Assembly: GCA_963803805.1 (NCBI GenBank)
Contig: CAWDOD010000011.1
Location: 384,001 to 448,000, forward strand
From: an uncultured cyanobacterium
GTDB taxonomy: Bacteria; Cyanobacteriota; Cyanobacteriia; Cyanobacteriales; CAWCAG01
DNA: 64,000 nt
Direction: 5' to 3'
The number at the start of each line of letters is the position of its first letter. The stretch's first letter is position 1. Below, in pieces: positions 40,362 through 48,849 of the stretch. The position numbers and the translations under genes were made by a program. The notes under the pieces were generated by a model, which had not been told where the DNA came from, did no database searches, and saw only the letters and a program-made list of their open reading frames with translations.

Positions 40362-40655
40362 TTAAGTTTTAAGTTTACATCTAGAAGGATAATAGATTTG
40401 ACGCATTTTGCTGTGATTGAGTTGCGAGTAAACCTTTTTAGAAGCAATTAAGGGTTTGAGACATTGAAGGGCCATTGATATTGGTCTGTTCAAGATTTGG
40501 CAGATTTCTTGTAAGCTTATTCCTTGAGGATGAGATTGAATCAAAGCTTCAATTTTTTCTGTGGTTGTTGGGCCAGGAGTAGGGCTGATAATACGAATAA
40601 AGGTCAAGGTTTTCGGCTTAGAGTGATTGTTTGTGGAACTGTTGCTGCGTTGCAC
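40362..40655 (-). CDS. Small hypothetical protein, possible winged HTH
   Basis: IEALIQSHPQGISLQEICQILNRPISMALQCLKPL resembles an HTH; start uncertain. Confidence 0.55.
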   Translation of the reverse strand: MQRSNSSTNNHSKPKTLTFIRIISPTPGPTTTEKIEALIQSHPQGISLQEICQILNRPISMALQCLKPLIASKKVYSQLNHSKMRQIYYPSRCKLKT

Positions 40656-40861
40656 CCTAATCTGTAGATTTAACTTTTATAATCCTTGATGAATTGCTTA
40701 ATATTTCTATAATATTCTTCTTGATTTTCCTCTGCTCAACCGGATTTTTTGACGAAGCTGTTAAGCAAAACCAATATTTCTAATAACTTTGATAACTAAA
40801 CGCTAGAGTAGAGTTTGCAGGGTGATATTTCCCTAGTTAATCAGTTGCTTCAGAACAGATC

Positions 40862-41500
40862 ATGACTAACGCTGCTTCTACCTTCACAGGTGATTTATGG
40901 GACTGGCATTTAACTTGTCCTCAACCTAACCAAGACACTGAAATACTCAAGCAGCTATGCTTTATTCCTGGACTCAAGGAAGTTCTCATGGTACGTCAGG
41001 TTCATGCCTTAGAACATGGAACTGTTTGGGTTCTCAGTGAAGATCAAAGCCATCTTCCCCCTCGAAAGTCTCACCCAGAAGATAATGAAGCCCTGGGAGG
41101 TCTTTCTACTGAAACAGGTTTTTATTTATACGGTCAAGTTAACCTCTCTAAGCTGAAAAGAGCCGTTAGCCTAGCTCTTAAGCGTTTAAAACAAGGAGAA
41201 TGGCACTTAGCTATCCATCCTCGCTGCGGTACAAATCTTTCTGTAGCTATGGCTTTAACCGCAAGTATGGTTCTAGGAACTCATCTCCTTTTACCACGAG
41301 GTCCCATAGAACAACTTCTTGGTTTTAGCGTTGCTACCACAACGGCAGCACAACTAGCTCCGGATTTAGGAAGTCTTGTGCAAAGATATATAACTACGGC
41401 TGTCCCCTTTAATTTAGAAGTAGTAGGAATAGCTCAAACTCAAGATAGTTGGGGACGTTCAGCACATTTTATCCGTGTCAAATGGCGAGACTTGCAATAA
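40862..41500 (+). CDS. DUF6391-like conserved protein
   Basis: RQVHALEHGTVWVL, GGLST..GFYLYG, LAIHPRCGTN. Confidence 0.75.
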   Translation: MTNAASTFTGDLWDWHLTCPQPNQDTEILKQLCFIPGLKEVLMVRQVHALEHGTVWVLSEDQSHLPPRKSHPEDNEALGGLSTETGFYLYGQVNLSKLKRAVSLALKRLKQGEWHLAIHPRCGTNLSVAMALTASMVLGTHLLLPRGPIEQLLGFSVATTTAAQLAPDLGSLVQRYITTAVPFNLEVVGIAQTQDSWGRSAHFIRVKWRDLQ

Positions 41501-41581
41501 AACTTAAAGCTCTATGTGTACAGCGAATCCCAATAAAATAGTACGCTTTGATCTAAAAGATATATAAAAAGGAGAACACTT

Positions 41582-41935
41582 GTGGTTCAACGTGGCTCTA
41601 AAGTAAGGATTCTTCGGGAAGAATCCTATTGGTATAGAGATGTAGGAACTGTTGCTTCTGTAGATAAGAGCGGTATCAGATATCCTGTCATCGTTCGTTT
41701 TGATAAAGTTAACTACACCGGAATAACCACCAATAACTTCGCTCCTGATGAGGTAGAAGAAATTGGCGCACCTAGCGGTAAATCTAAAGCGAAAGCTAAA
41801 CAAGCGACCCCAGCACCTCAGCGTACTACGGGTGAAGGACAAACTAAGTCCAAAGAAGGTGCAGCCGCAGAAACTGCTGGTGGCGGTAGCAAGACTGTAG
41901 AAGGTGATCCTAATCAAGGAACAGAACCTCGCTAG
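41582..41935 (+). CDS. psaE: Photosystem I subunit IV (PsaE) with C-terminal extension
   Basis: [44 protein letters not shown]; ~55 extra low-complexity residues; upstream of mutM as in other cyanobacteria. Confidence 0.95.
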   Translation: MVQRGSKVRILREESYWYRDVGTVASVDKSGIRYPVIVRFDKVNYTGITTNNFAPDEVEEIGAPSGKSKAKAKQATPAPQRTTGEGQTKSKEGAAAETAGGGSKTVEGDPNQGTEPR

Positions 41936-41938
41936 ATA

Positions 41939-42772
41939 GTGCCAGAATTACCGGAAGTTGAAACAGTCCGTAGAGGACTCAATCAACTCACTTTGCAACA
42001 AGAGATTAAGGGTGGGGAAGTGCTGTTGAAACGCAGCCTTGCCTACCCCGTTTCTGTACCTGAATTTTGGTTGGGATTAGAAGGGGTTGCGATCGCCAGT
42101 TGGCAGAGGCGGGGTAAATACTTACTTGCTCAACTTGACAATTCTGCTTGCCTTGGGGTTCATTTGCGTATGACAGGGCAGCTTTTGTGGGTCAAGCAAA
42201 CTGAACCCCTACAAAAACATACCCGCATCAGGATTTTTATTGGAGATGAAAAAGAGTTACGTTTTGTGGATATTCGTACCTTTGGCAAGATTTGGTTAGT
42301 ACCTCCCCAACAGGAAATAACTAAGGTGATTACCGGGTTGCAAAAATTAGGGCCTGAACCTTTTGAGCCTGAATTTTCTGGCCAGTATTTAGCACAAAAA
42401 TTACATAAAACCGGGCGCTCTATTAAAATTGCTCTTTTAGACCAAGAAATTGTCGCCGGAATTGGTAATATCTACGCTGACGAAGCCCTCTTTAAAAGCG
42501 GTATTCGCCCAGAAACCATCGCCAAGAATTTAAGTTTTGCTCAAGTTACTAGCTTACGTAAAGCTATTGTTGAAGTTTTGCAAACAGCTATTGACAATGG
42601 TGGTACAACCTTCAGCGACTTTCTTAATTTGTTGGGAGTGAGCGGTAACTATGGCGATCGCGCCTTAGTTTATGGCAGAAAAGGTGAGCCTTGTCGCCTT
42701 TGCGGTACAGCTATTGAACGCCAAAAGTTGGGAGGACGTTCCTCTCATTTTTGTCCTCGTTGCCAGAATTAA
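41939..42772 (+). CDS. mutM: Formamidopyrimidine-DNA glycosylase
   Basis: MPELPEVE, HLRMTG, GIGNIYADE, C-terminal zinc finger. Confidence 0.97.
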   Translation: MPELPEVETVRRGLNQLTLQQEIKGGEVLLKRSLAYPVSVPEFWLGLEGVAIASWQRRGKYLLAQLDNSACLGVHLRMTGQLLWVKQTEPLQKHTRIRIFIGDEKELRFVDIRTFGKIWLVPPQQEITKVITGLQKLGPEPFEPEFSGQYLAQKLHKTGRSIKIALLDQEIVAGIGNIYADEALFKSGIRPETIAKNLSFAQVTSLRKAIVEVLQTAIDNGGTTFSDFLNLLGVSGNYGDRALVYGRKGEPCRLCGTAIERQKLGGRSSHFCPRCQN

Positions 42773-42911
42773 CCGTTTTTTCTTTAGTTGTGTCGGAAGT
42801 CAGTGCGATTAGCAACTAGTGATTAGCCAAAAGGCCACCCAAACTGTAAGCTATTGGGAGTATGACAAAATTTGTACAGTAAACGTAATTAAGTTCTTCT
42901 AGCTTAAGCTT

Positions 42912-43130
42912 ATGGCAGGCAAGATCAAAAAAGGCTCCTTAGTTCGTGCGGTGGAAGAAAAACTAGCTAATAGTCTCGAAGCGACAGCTAGCGATACCCG
43001 GTTTCCTCCTTACATATTTAAGAGTAAGGGAGAAGTTGTGGAAATAAATGAAGATTATGCTTTCGTGAAGTTTTACGTCCCAACCCCAAATATCTGGTTC
43101 CGCATTGACCAGTTGGAGCTAGCGGAGTAA
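42912..43130 (+). CDS. ndhO: NDH-1 subunit O
   Basis: KKGSLVRA...[17 protein letters not shown]...VPTPNIW. Confidence 0.93.
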   Translation: MAGKIKKGSLVRAVEEKLANSLEATASDTRFPPYIFKSKGEVVEINEDYAFVKFYVPTPNIWFRIDQLELAE

Positions 43131-43145
43131 CTAATTATTACAATC

Positions 43146-44114
43146 ATGAATTCTTCCCCTAATTCTTTACCCAACCACAGCGCAGCCCTAGTCTCTATTA
43201 TTGGGGCTGGTAACGTTGGTAGTACCCTTGCCCAGAGAATTATCGAAAAAAACTTAGCAGATGTTGTCTTATTAGATATTGTTGAGGGCTTGCCCCAAGG
43301 TATTGCCCTCGATTTAATGTCATCTCAAGGGTTGGAATTACATGATTGCAGCATCATGGGTAGCAACGACTACAGCGACACCTCTGGTTCTGATATTGTT
43401 GTCATTACTGCTGGCTTTCCCCGTAGGCCGGGGATGGATCGCGATGATCTAATCAAAAGTAATGCCAAAATTGTCACTGAGGCAGCTAGACAAGCGATCG
43501 CCCATTCTCCTGATGCTTTAGTTATTGTAGTGACAAATCCCTTAGATGTCATGACCTATATGGCTTGGAAGGCAACGGATCTTCCCGTAAAAAGAATTAT
43601 GGGCATGGCTGGGGTTCTTGACTCTTCTCGTCTGCAAACCTTTATTGCCATGGAGTTAAAAGTTGCTGTTAGCAATGTTAGCGCTATGGTCTTGGGCAGC
43701 CATGGAGATTTAATGGTTCCTTTACCCAAATACTGTACCGTGAGTGGTATTCCTATCGCTGAAATGCTCGACGAAGCAACTATCGATAGATTAATAGAAA
43801 GGACTCGCCACGGGGGAGCGGAAGTCGTTAAGCTACTGAAAAAAGGAGGGGCTTACTTTGCTCCAGCTTCCTCTATTTGCTTAATGGTAGAATCCATCCT
43901 ACTAGATCAATCCCGGCTACTTCCAGCAGCAGTTTATTTACAAGGTGAATATGGCTTGAATGACATTTTCTTAGGGGTTCCTTGTCGTCTAGGAAGCCAG
44001 GGGGTAGAGGAAGTATTAGAGTTAAAGTTAACTATGGCAGAACGTTCAGCCCTGCAACTTTCTGCTGATGCAGTGAGGGAGAATATTCACAAAGCCAAGT
44101 CTTTTCTCTCTTAA
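43146..44114 (+). CDS. mdh: Malate dehydrogenase (LDH-like)
   Basis: IGAGNVG, TAGFPRRPGMDRDDL, VTNPLD, GMAGVLDSSR, LGSHGD. Confidence 0.94.
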   Translation: MNSSPNSLPNHSAALVSIIGAGNVGSTLAQRIIEKNLADVVLLDIVEGLPQGIALDLMSSQGLELHDCSIMGSNDYSDTSGSDIVVITAGFPRRPGMDRDDLIKSNAKIVTEAARQAIAHSPDALVIVVTNPLDVMTYMAWKATDLPVKRIMGMAGVLDSSRLQTFIAMELKVAVSNVSAMVLGSHGDLMVPLPKYCTVSGIPIAEMLDEATIDRLIERTRHGGAEVVKLLKKGGAYFAPASSICLMVESILLDQSRLLPAAVYLQGEYGLNDIFLGVPCRLGSQGVEEVLELKLTMAERSALQLSADAVRENIHKAKSFLS

Positions 44115-44120
44115 AAAAAG

Positions 44121-44151
44121 TATAGAGACGTTCCGGCTGAACGTCTCTATA
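44121..44151. terminator. Perfect 13-bp inverted repeat between convergent mdh and psbY (REP-like / bidirectional terminator)
   Basis: tatagagacgttc-cggct-gaacgtctctata, with an A-run upstream and a T-run downstream. Confidence 0.7.
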
Positions 44152-44175
44152 GATTTTTCCACTGTCAATTAGTTT

Positions 44176-44295
44176 TTAGCTTTGTTTATTTAAAAAACCT
44201 TGGGCTTGGCGCAGAGCGATAGCACCAACGTTATATAAAGCCCAACTTCCAGCCGCAATGACAGGGAGAAGAACAACTAAAATTCGCCAATCCAT
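44176..44295 (-). CDS. psbY: Photosystem II protein Y
   Basis: Below the ORF-track size cut-off. Manual translation [39 protein letters not shown] is a typical PsbY. Confidence 0.93.
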   Translation of the reverse strand: MDWRILVVLLPVIAAGSWALYNVGAIALRQAQGFLNKQS

Positions 44296-44471
44296 TTTTT
44301 TCTTCCTCTCTTAATTTCTGTATTAAGTATTTTAAACGATTCTCATTTTTTCTGATCTGATTATATTGTCACCATAGTTGGGGATTTTTTTCAAGTAGGA
44401 ATTTGCTTGCACCCACAACCCATGGTATTTAGAATTTAGAGAGTTTTGCTTCAAAAATAATAAAGATACTT

Positions 44472-44915
44472 ATGATACGTATTCGAGCTATATTGCCCCT
44501 AATTCTGGCTTTATTTGCCACCTTTTTGGTTAGTTGTGGTTCCGGTGTTGCTCAAGCACCTCCAACCTATACACCAGAGAAAGTTGCTCAAATTGAAACT
44601 GCTTTAGTTCCTCTTAAACAAGCCCAGGAAAAATTACCAGAACTAGCTGAACTAATTGCAGATGAGGACTGGACTGATATCAGAAATTTCATTCATGGCC
44701 CCATGGGACTGCTGCGACGAAATATGAGCTATGTATCTCGCCAGCTTTTGGAAAAAGATCAAAAACCAGCTAATGAATTAGCCAAAGAAGTCTTTGCGGA
44801 TTTTGAAAAACTTGATTTGGCAGCTAAAGAGCAAAGCCTTGTTGCTACTTCAGCAAGCTTTTACAAAGTGGTTGAAGATTTTGATAACTTCCTTAAGTTT
44901 ATCCCTGGTAATTAG
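44472..44915 (+). CDS. psbQ: Photosystem II extrinsic lipoprotein CyanoQ
   Basis: Lipobox LVSC; PPTYTPE; WTDIRNFIHGPMG. Confidence 0.93.
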   Translation: MIRIRAILPLILALFATFLVSCGSGVAQAPPTYTPEKVAQIETALVPLKQAQEKLPELAELIADEDWTDIRNFIHGPMGLLRRNMSYVSRQLLEKDQKPANELAKEVFADFEKLDLAAKEQSLVATSASFYKVVEDFDNFLKFIPGN

Positions 44916-44967
44916 CTAGGGTTATTGCCTTTATTTTAGATAAAGGGAAGTAGGGTAATGGGGAGAA

Positions 44968-46062
44968 ATGACCAGAGTTACAATTATTGGTGCTGGTGTC
45001 ATTGGTGCAGCGATCGCCTATGAGTTAAGTTCGGTGGAGGGGTTGGAAATAACTCTCCTAGAACGAGAAACTCCTGCCTCTGGTTCTACTGGGGCTGCTT
45101 TGGGAGTGTTAATGGGAGCTATTAGCCATAAAGTTAAAGGTAAGCCTTGGCGGTGGCGTAAAAAGAGCCTCCAGCGCTATGAGACTTTGATACCAGAGTT
45201 AGTAGCTTTGACAGGAAAACAAATACCTTTCAACCGCCGAGGTATTATCAAGTTACGCTTTGCTGGAGAAGCTGTTTCTCCTTGGGAAAAGTTAGTTGCT
45301 AAACGCCATAGTCAAAACTGGGCTTTAGAAATTTGGGATTTATCTCAATTACAAACTCAATGTCCTCAAATCCAAAACGAGAAGGTTATCGGTGCGGTTT
45401 ATTCCCCCCAAGATCGCCAGGTTAACCCCAGCCAGTTAACAGAAGCTTTGGTGGCAGCAGCAAGGTTAAAAGGAGTTCAATGCCAATTTGGGGTTGAGGT
45501 AGAAAATATCATTCCCCATAACTCCCAGAAACCTATTTCCTATCAACTTCATACCACCTCCGGCATCCTAGAAACTGAGTGGCTAATTATCGCCGCAGGG
45601 CTTGGTTCTACCCCTTTAACTGCTTCCCTTGCCCAAACTGTAGATATTCGTCCAGTTTTAGGACAGGCATTACAAGTTGAGTTAAAACAACCTTTAGGTA
45701 AGCCTGACTTTCAACCAGTAATCACCGGAGACGATACCCATATTGTCCCTTTAGGTGATAATCAATATTGGTTAGGAGCAACGGTAGAATTTCCTAACCA
45801 GGAAGTGGAATTAATAGCTCAAGAATTTTGTTTAGAAGAGTTAAAGAATAAAGCGATCGCACTTTGTCCTGCTTTAAGTGAAGCTAAAATCCTACATACC
45901 TGGTCAGGTAAACGTCCCCGTCCTGAAGGAAGACCAGCCCCTATTGTAGAAGAATTACCTAACAACCCTCAAGTACTCTTAGCGACAGCCCATTATCGCA
46001 ACGGTGTACTTCTGGCCCCTGCTACAGCTTTAGAGATTAAAAGTAAGCTTGCTAATGGCTAA
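44968..46062 (+). CDS. FAD-dependent oxidoreductase (DAO/ThiO-like)
   Basis: IIGAGVIG, STGAALG, WSGKRPRP, HYRNGVLLAP. Confidence 0.88.
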   Translation: MTRVTIIGAGVIGAAIAYELSSVEGLEITLLERETPASGSTGAALGVLMGAISHKVKGKPWRWRKKSLQRYETLIPELVALTGKQIPFNRRGIIKLRFAGEAVSPWEKLVAKRHSQNWALEIWDLSQLQTQCPQIQNEKVIGAVYSPQDRQVNPSQLTEALVAAARLKGVQCQFGVEVENIIPHNSQKPISYQLHTTSGILETEWLIIAAGLGSTPLTASLAQTVDIRPVLGQALQVELKQPLGKPDFQPVITGDDTHIVPLGDNQYWLGATVEFPNQEVELIAQEFCLEELKNKAIALCPALSEAKILHTWSGKRPRPEGRPAPIVEELPNNPQVLLATAHYRNGVLLAPATALEIKSKLANG

Positions 46063-46077
46063 TGGCTAATGGCTAAT

Positions 46078-46146
46078 AGACCTGTCCATTAATTAAAATT
46101 TAGTCTAGATTTTGTAAGGGCTTCAGATTAATTTTTGGACAAGTCT
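46078..46146. mobile_element. 69-bp MITE-like element with 3-bp target duplication, inserted in a GCTAATG heptamer array
   Basis: Termini agacctgtccattaattaa / ttaatttttggacaagtct (16/19 inverted match); AAT on both sides (46075-46077, 46147-46149); removing it restores a continuous heptamer array. Confidence 0.7.
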
Positions 46147-46158
46147 AATGGCTAATGG

Positions 46159-46611
46159 CTAATGGCTAGTTGTTAGTTGTTGTTGATAAACTGAGATGTG
46201 AACGCGGGCATTTTCGTGGGCAGAATTTTGCACCCAAAATTTTGTAACTGGAGTTTCTAAATCACGATTGATTTTTAGGGGTTTGCCTGCGGTGCAAGTA
46301 TAAGTTTTGAGGTTATCGCCACAGGGTAAAGCAATGTCTCCTGGTTCAATTTTAACGGTTATTGCTGTTGCCGGAGGATCTAGTTTAATAGTTTGCTTAG
46401 CTGTCTCTGGCAGGATTAAGAGATTATAGTTTTTCAGAGATTGTTTTTTTAATGAATTATCTTCACTATTAGGTAAGACAACTTCTTGAGCAAGAGATTC
46501 TTTTGCCGGGAGTATTTCTGAATCTGGAGGTAAGGTAGTTTCTGCTTGTACTGGTGTAGCTATAGTTAGTAGGAAGAAAATAATGCTGAGAATAATAATT
46601 TTCAATTTCAT
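46159..46611 (-). CDS. Exported hypothetical protein
   Basis: Signal peptide (…TPVQA/ET); 150 aa; two Cys. Confidence 0.6.
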   Translation of the reverse strand: MKLKIIILSIIFFLLTIATPVQAETTLPPDSEILPAKESLAQEVVLPNSEDNSLKKQSLKNYNLLILPETAKQTIKLDPPATAITVKIEPGDIALPCGDNLKTYTCTAGKPLKINRDLETPVTKFWVQNSAHENARVHISVYQQQLTTSH

Positions 46612-46679
46612 CAGAGTTTTTGTGAATTTTTAATTGACTCTTAGAGAGAACCGAGAAAAGACTTATCCAAAAGCGATAA

Positions 46680-46740
46680 GCTAATGGCTAGTTGGTAGTT
46701 GGTAGTTGGTAGTTGCTAGTTGGTAGTTGCTAGTTGCTAA
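46680..46740. repeat. Heptamer short tandem repeat array (STRR-like), representative example
   Basis: gctaatg gctagtt ggtagtt x3 gctagtt ggtagtt gctagtt; similar arrays at about 601, 16540, 20337, 26378, 26790, 46051, 50075, 51870, 54070, 54235, 56153 and 63410. Confidence 0.85.
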
Positions 46741-46809
46741 AATCTTATACTTTGTGAGTATATTTTATTTGTTGGAGTTCTCTTACCAGAAGGCTTAGGC
46801 GAATAATTC

Positions 46810-47397
46810 TTAATTAACGCTGTTCCTTGCTTCCGATTGACGTGGTTGACTTAATTGTGGTTGTTCTTGTTGGAAACTGTAGCCTAGCCAGATGAAACCT
46901 CCACCGAAAACACCAATTACCCCAATTAAGATAACTGTGAGTAATTTTACTTGAGAGCGAAGTAAGTCTACTTCTTGGCTACCCCTTTGAATTTGGGATT
47001 GAGGAGGAGTTTCTTCAATACCTAGTTTTTTACGAGCAACTTCTTCAACAATTTTCTCTTCTTTTTGGTTAAAAGTAACTTGAGAATGGAGCCAGTCGGC
47101 AATTAATTTTGGGCAGTTTTTTTTAAACCAACGTATGGCGATTATTTTAAATAATGGCTTTGATATTTTCGCTATTGGTTTCATGGTTTTATTAGCCAGA
47201 CGCGAATGAAACTTTTGGTCAATGAGATTAATTGAACCTATATCATAAAGACAATCTAAGATTAGCTTAATATTAACTTCTTCTCTTTCAGTTAAATGTT
47301 GAAGGAGGACAAGAACTTGATACATAAGTTCTTTTTCTTTTTCAGCTTTTTCTGAAAGCGGCTCGATTTCAGCTAGATTTTCTGGGGTGGGGTTCAT
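46810..47397 (-). CDS. Hypothetical protein with C-terminal TM helix
   Basis: 195-aa ORF; VNIKLILDCLYDIGSINL core; C-terminal hydrophobic helix. Confidence 0.65.
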   Translation of the reverse strand: MNPTPENLAEIEPLSEKAEKEKELMYQVLVLLQHLTEREEVNIKLILDCLYDIGSINLIDQKFHSRLANKTMKPIAKISKPLFKIIAIRWFKKNCPKLIADWLHSQVTFNQKEEKIVEEVARKKLGIEETPPQSQIQRGSQEVDLLRSQVKLLTVILIGVIGVFGGGFIWLGYSFQQEQPQLSQPRQSEARNSVN

Positions 47398-47650
47398 CTT
47401 CGTCTTAACTCTTCTAACAGGCTAGGGAGGTAATAAGATCCTATATAAGTTTTGAAAAGATTGGGGACTTAAGGTGCATCAGGGTATCAAGTATTTATAT
47501 TCTTTGCTGGAATAAGAAAACGGAGATAATTTTTGGGATGTTGATATCCATTTTGAAGAAAGAAGTATTTTTGACTACACTTAAGCCAAAATTGATAATT
47601 CAATAATTGTATTTACCGCCAAGTACTCCATTGGACATAAATAAAATTAC

Positions 47651-47678
47651 TTGACAGATATGAAATTACTGCTAATAT
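47651..47678 (+). promoter_or_regulatory. Putative sigma70 promoter for the leader, repeat array and 217-aa gene
   Basis: TTGACA (47651-47656), 16 nt, TAATAT (47673-47678), with an extended -10 TG. Confidence 0.55.
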
Positions 47679-47825
47679 ACCCTTTGTATCAGTAAAAGGC
47701 AGGGTGCAGTTTCTCTGGCATATTAATTAGACTCTGTTAAAGCAGGGTCTTTATTGTTTATTCACGTAAGTAGTCCTACCCTCGCTGAATCTGGCTGGTT
47801 AGATGATGCTTCTCTTTAGCTTCAA

Positions 47826-48056
47826 CTTCATTCAAGAAAAACAATGCACTATTCAGAAATCTCTCAGCCTCGTCTAGGAAACTTAGAGTACTACTCAGGA
47901 AACTCTTGGCCCCGCCCAAGAAACTTAGAGTACTACTCAGAAAACTCTCAGCCCCGCCCAGGAAACTTAGAGTACCATTCAGGAAACTCTCGGCCTCGTC
48001 CAGAAAAAATAGAGTACTATTCAGGAATCTTTCGGCCTCGCCCAGGGAACTTTATG
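47826..48056 (+). repeat. Degenerate tandem array: 10-11 x 21-nt units alternating A/B to give 5 x 42 nt
   Basis: A ~ tactaytcaggaaactctcrg, B ~ ccycgcccaggaaacttagag; both share a CAGGAAACT-like core; exact 21-nt periodicity without indels over 47847-48056, plus a degenerate B unit at 47826-47846. Confidence 0.9.
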
Positions 48057-48059
48057 TAA
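47844..48059 (+). CDS. Possible 71-aa repeat peptide spanning the array (may be non-coding)
   Basis: ORF is M plus five 14-aa units (Y/H)(Y/H)SxxxxPRxxxxx; no clear RBS; the open frame could just follow from the 21-nt period. Confidence 0.3.
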   Translation: MHYSEISQPRLGNLEYYSGNSWPRPRNLEYYSENSQPRPGNLEYHSGNSRPRPEKIEYYSGIFRPRPGNFM

Positions 48060-48121
48060 CAAGTATTCTTTAGCTAAAGCATTAAGCTAAGATAAAAATA
48101 ACTATCTTATCTCTAAAGTTA

Positions 48122-48775
48122 ATGGCTATTGATCAAAGCTTAGGCAGTTTTTTTAATAAAGCTAGACTTGTTATTGATGGTTCCTTAAACCATAGTGAAA
48201 TTCAAAGTTATCTCAGTCAATACGGTTATACTCTTGAACGCCTCCAGGAAGGGAAAACCCTTTATGAAGCTGCCTTTGCTGCTAACGAAAAACAAAAGAA
48301 AGAATTTGGGGAACAAATTGAAGCTACAGCCGAGTTTAAAAAGACTTGGGAACAGTCCCAAAAGAACTATATGCGTTATGTAAAAATTGCCCGCATCGCC
48401 TTTAAAGATAAACCAGGAGTATTTACAGAATTAGCCCTTAATGGTAAACGAAAACGCAGTTTTTCGGGTTGGTTAATGCAGGCAAGCCAGTTTTATAGCA
48501 ATTTGCTAGGGAATCAGCAACGCCTCGATGCAATGGCTAAATATGGCATTACTTCAGAGATGTTAACCGCAGGGCAAACGGAATTAGACACAGTGCAAGC
48601 GGCTAACATCTCCCAACAAAAAGAAAAGGGCGATGCCCAAGCAGCAAGGGAAGTGAGGGATAAAGCTATTGATGAACTTGATGATTGGTTAAGTGATTTG
48701 ATTGCAATTAGCCGCATTGCCTTAGAAGAAAGCCCCCAGTTGATTGAGAGTTTGGGGATTGTGGAACCTTCTTAA
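48122..48775 (+). CDS. Uncharacterised 217-aa, apparently all-alpha-helical protein
   Basis: Intact ORF; amphipathic helical pattern; two similar halves (YGYTLERLQEG / YGITSEMLTAG; KEFGEQIEAT / KEKGDAQAAR; KIARIAF / AISRIAL; ELAL / ESLGI). Confidence 0.8.
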   Translation: MAIDQSLGSFFNKARLVIDGSLNHSEIQSYLSQYGYTLERLQEGKTLYEAAFAANEKQKKEFGEQIEATAEFKKTWEQSQKNYMRYVKIARIAFKDKPGVFTELALNGKRKRSFSGWLMQASQFYSNLLGNQQRLDAMAKYGITSEMLTAGQTELDTVQAANISQQKEKGDAQAAREVRDKAIDELDDWLSDLIAISRIALEESPQLIESLGIVEPS

Positions 48776-48849
48776 TGATAATTTAAGCAGGGAAGGCATT
48801 TAGATTAGTTGTTGGAAGTGAGGGGGTGATGGGGAGAGGGTTTAATAAT

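Noticed and set aside
47826-48056. CRISPR array interpretation of the 42-nt periodic repeat
   Set aside because: No unique spacers: both 21-nt halves recur as degenerate copies, and there are no cas genes in the window.
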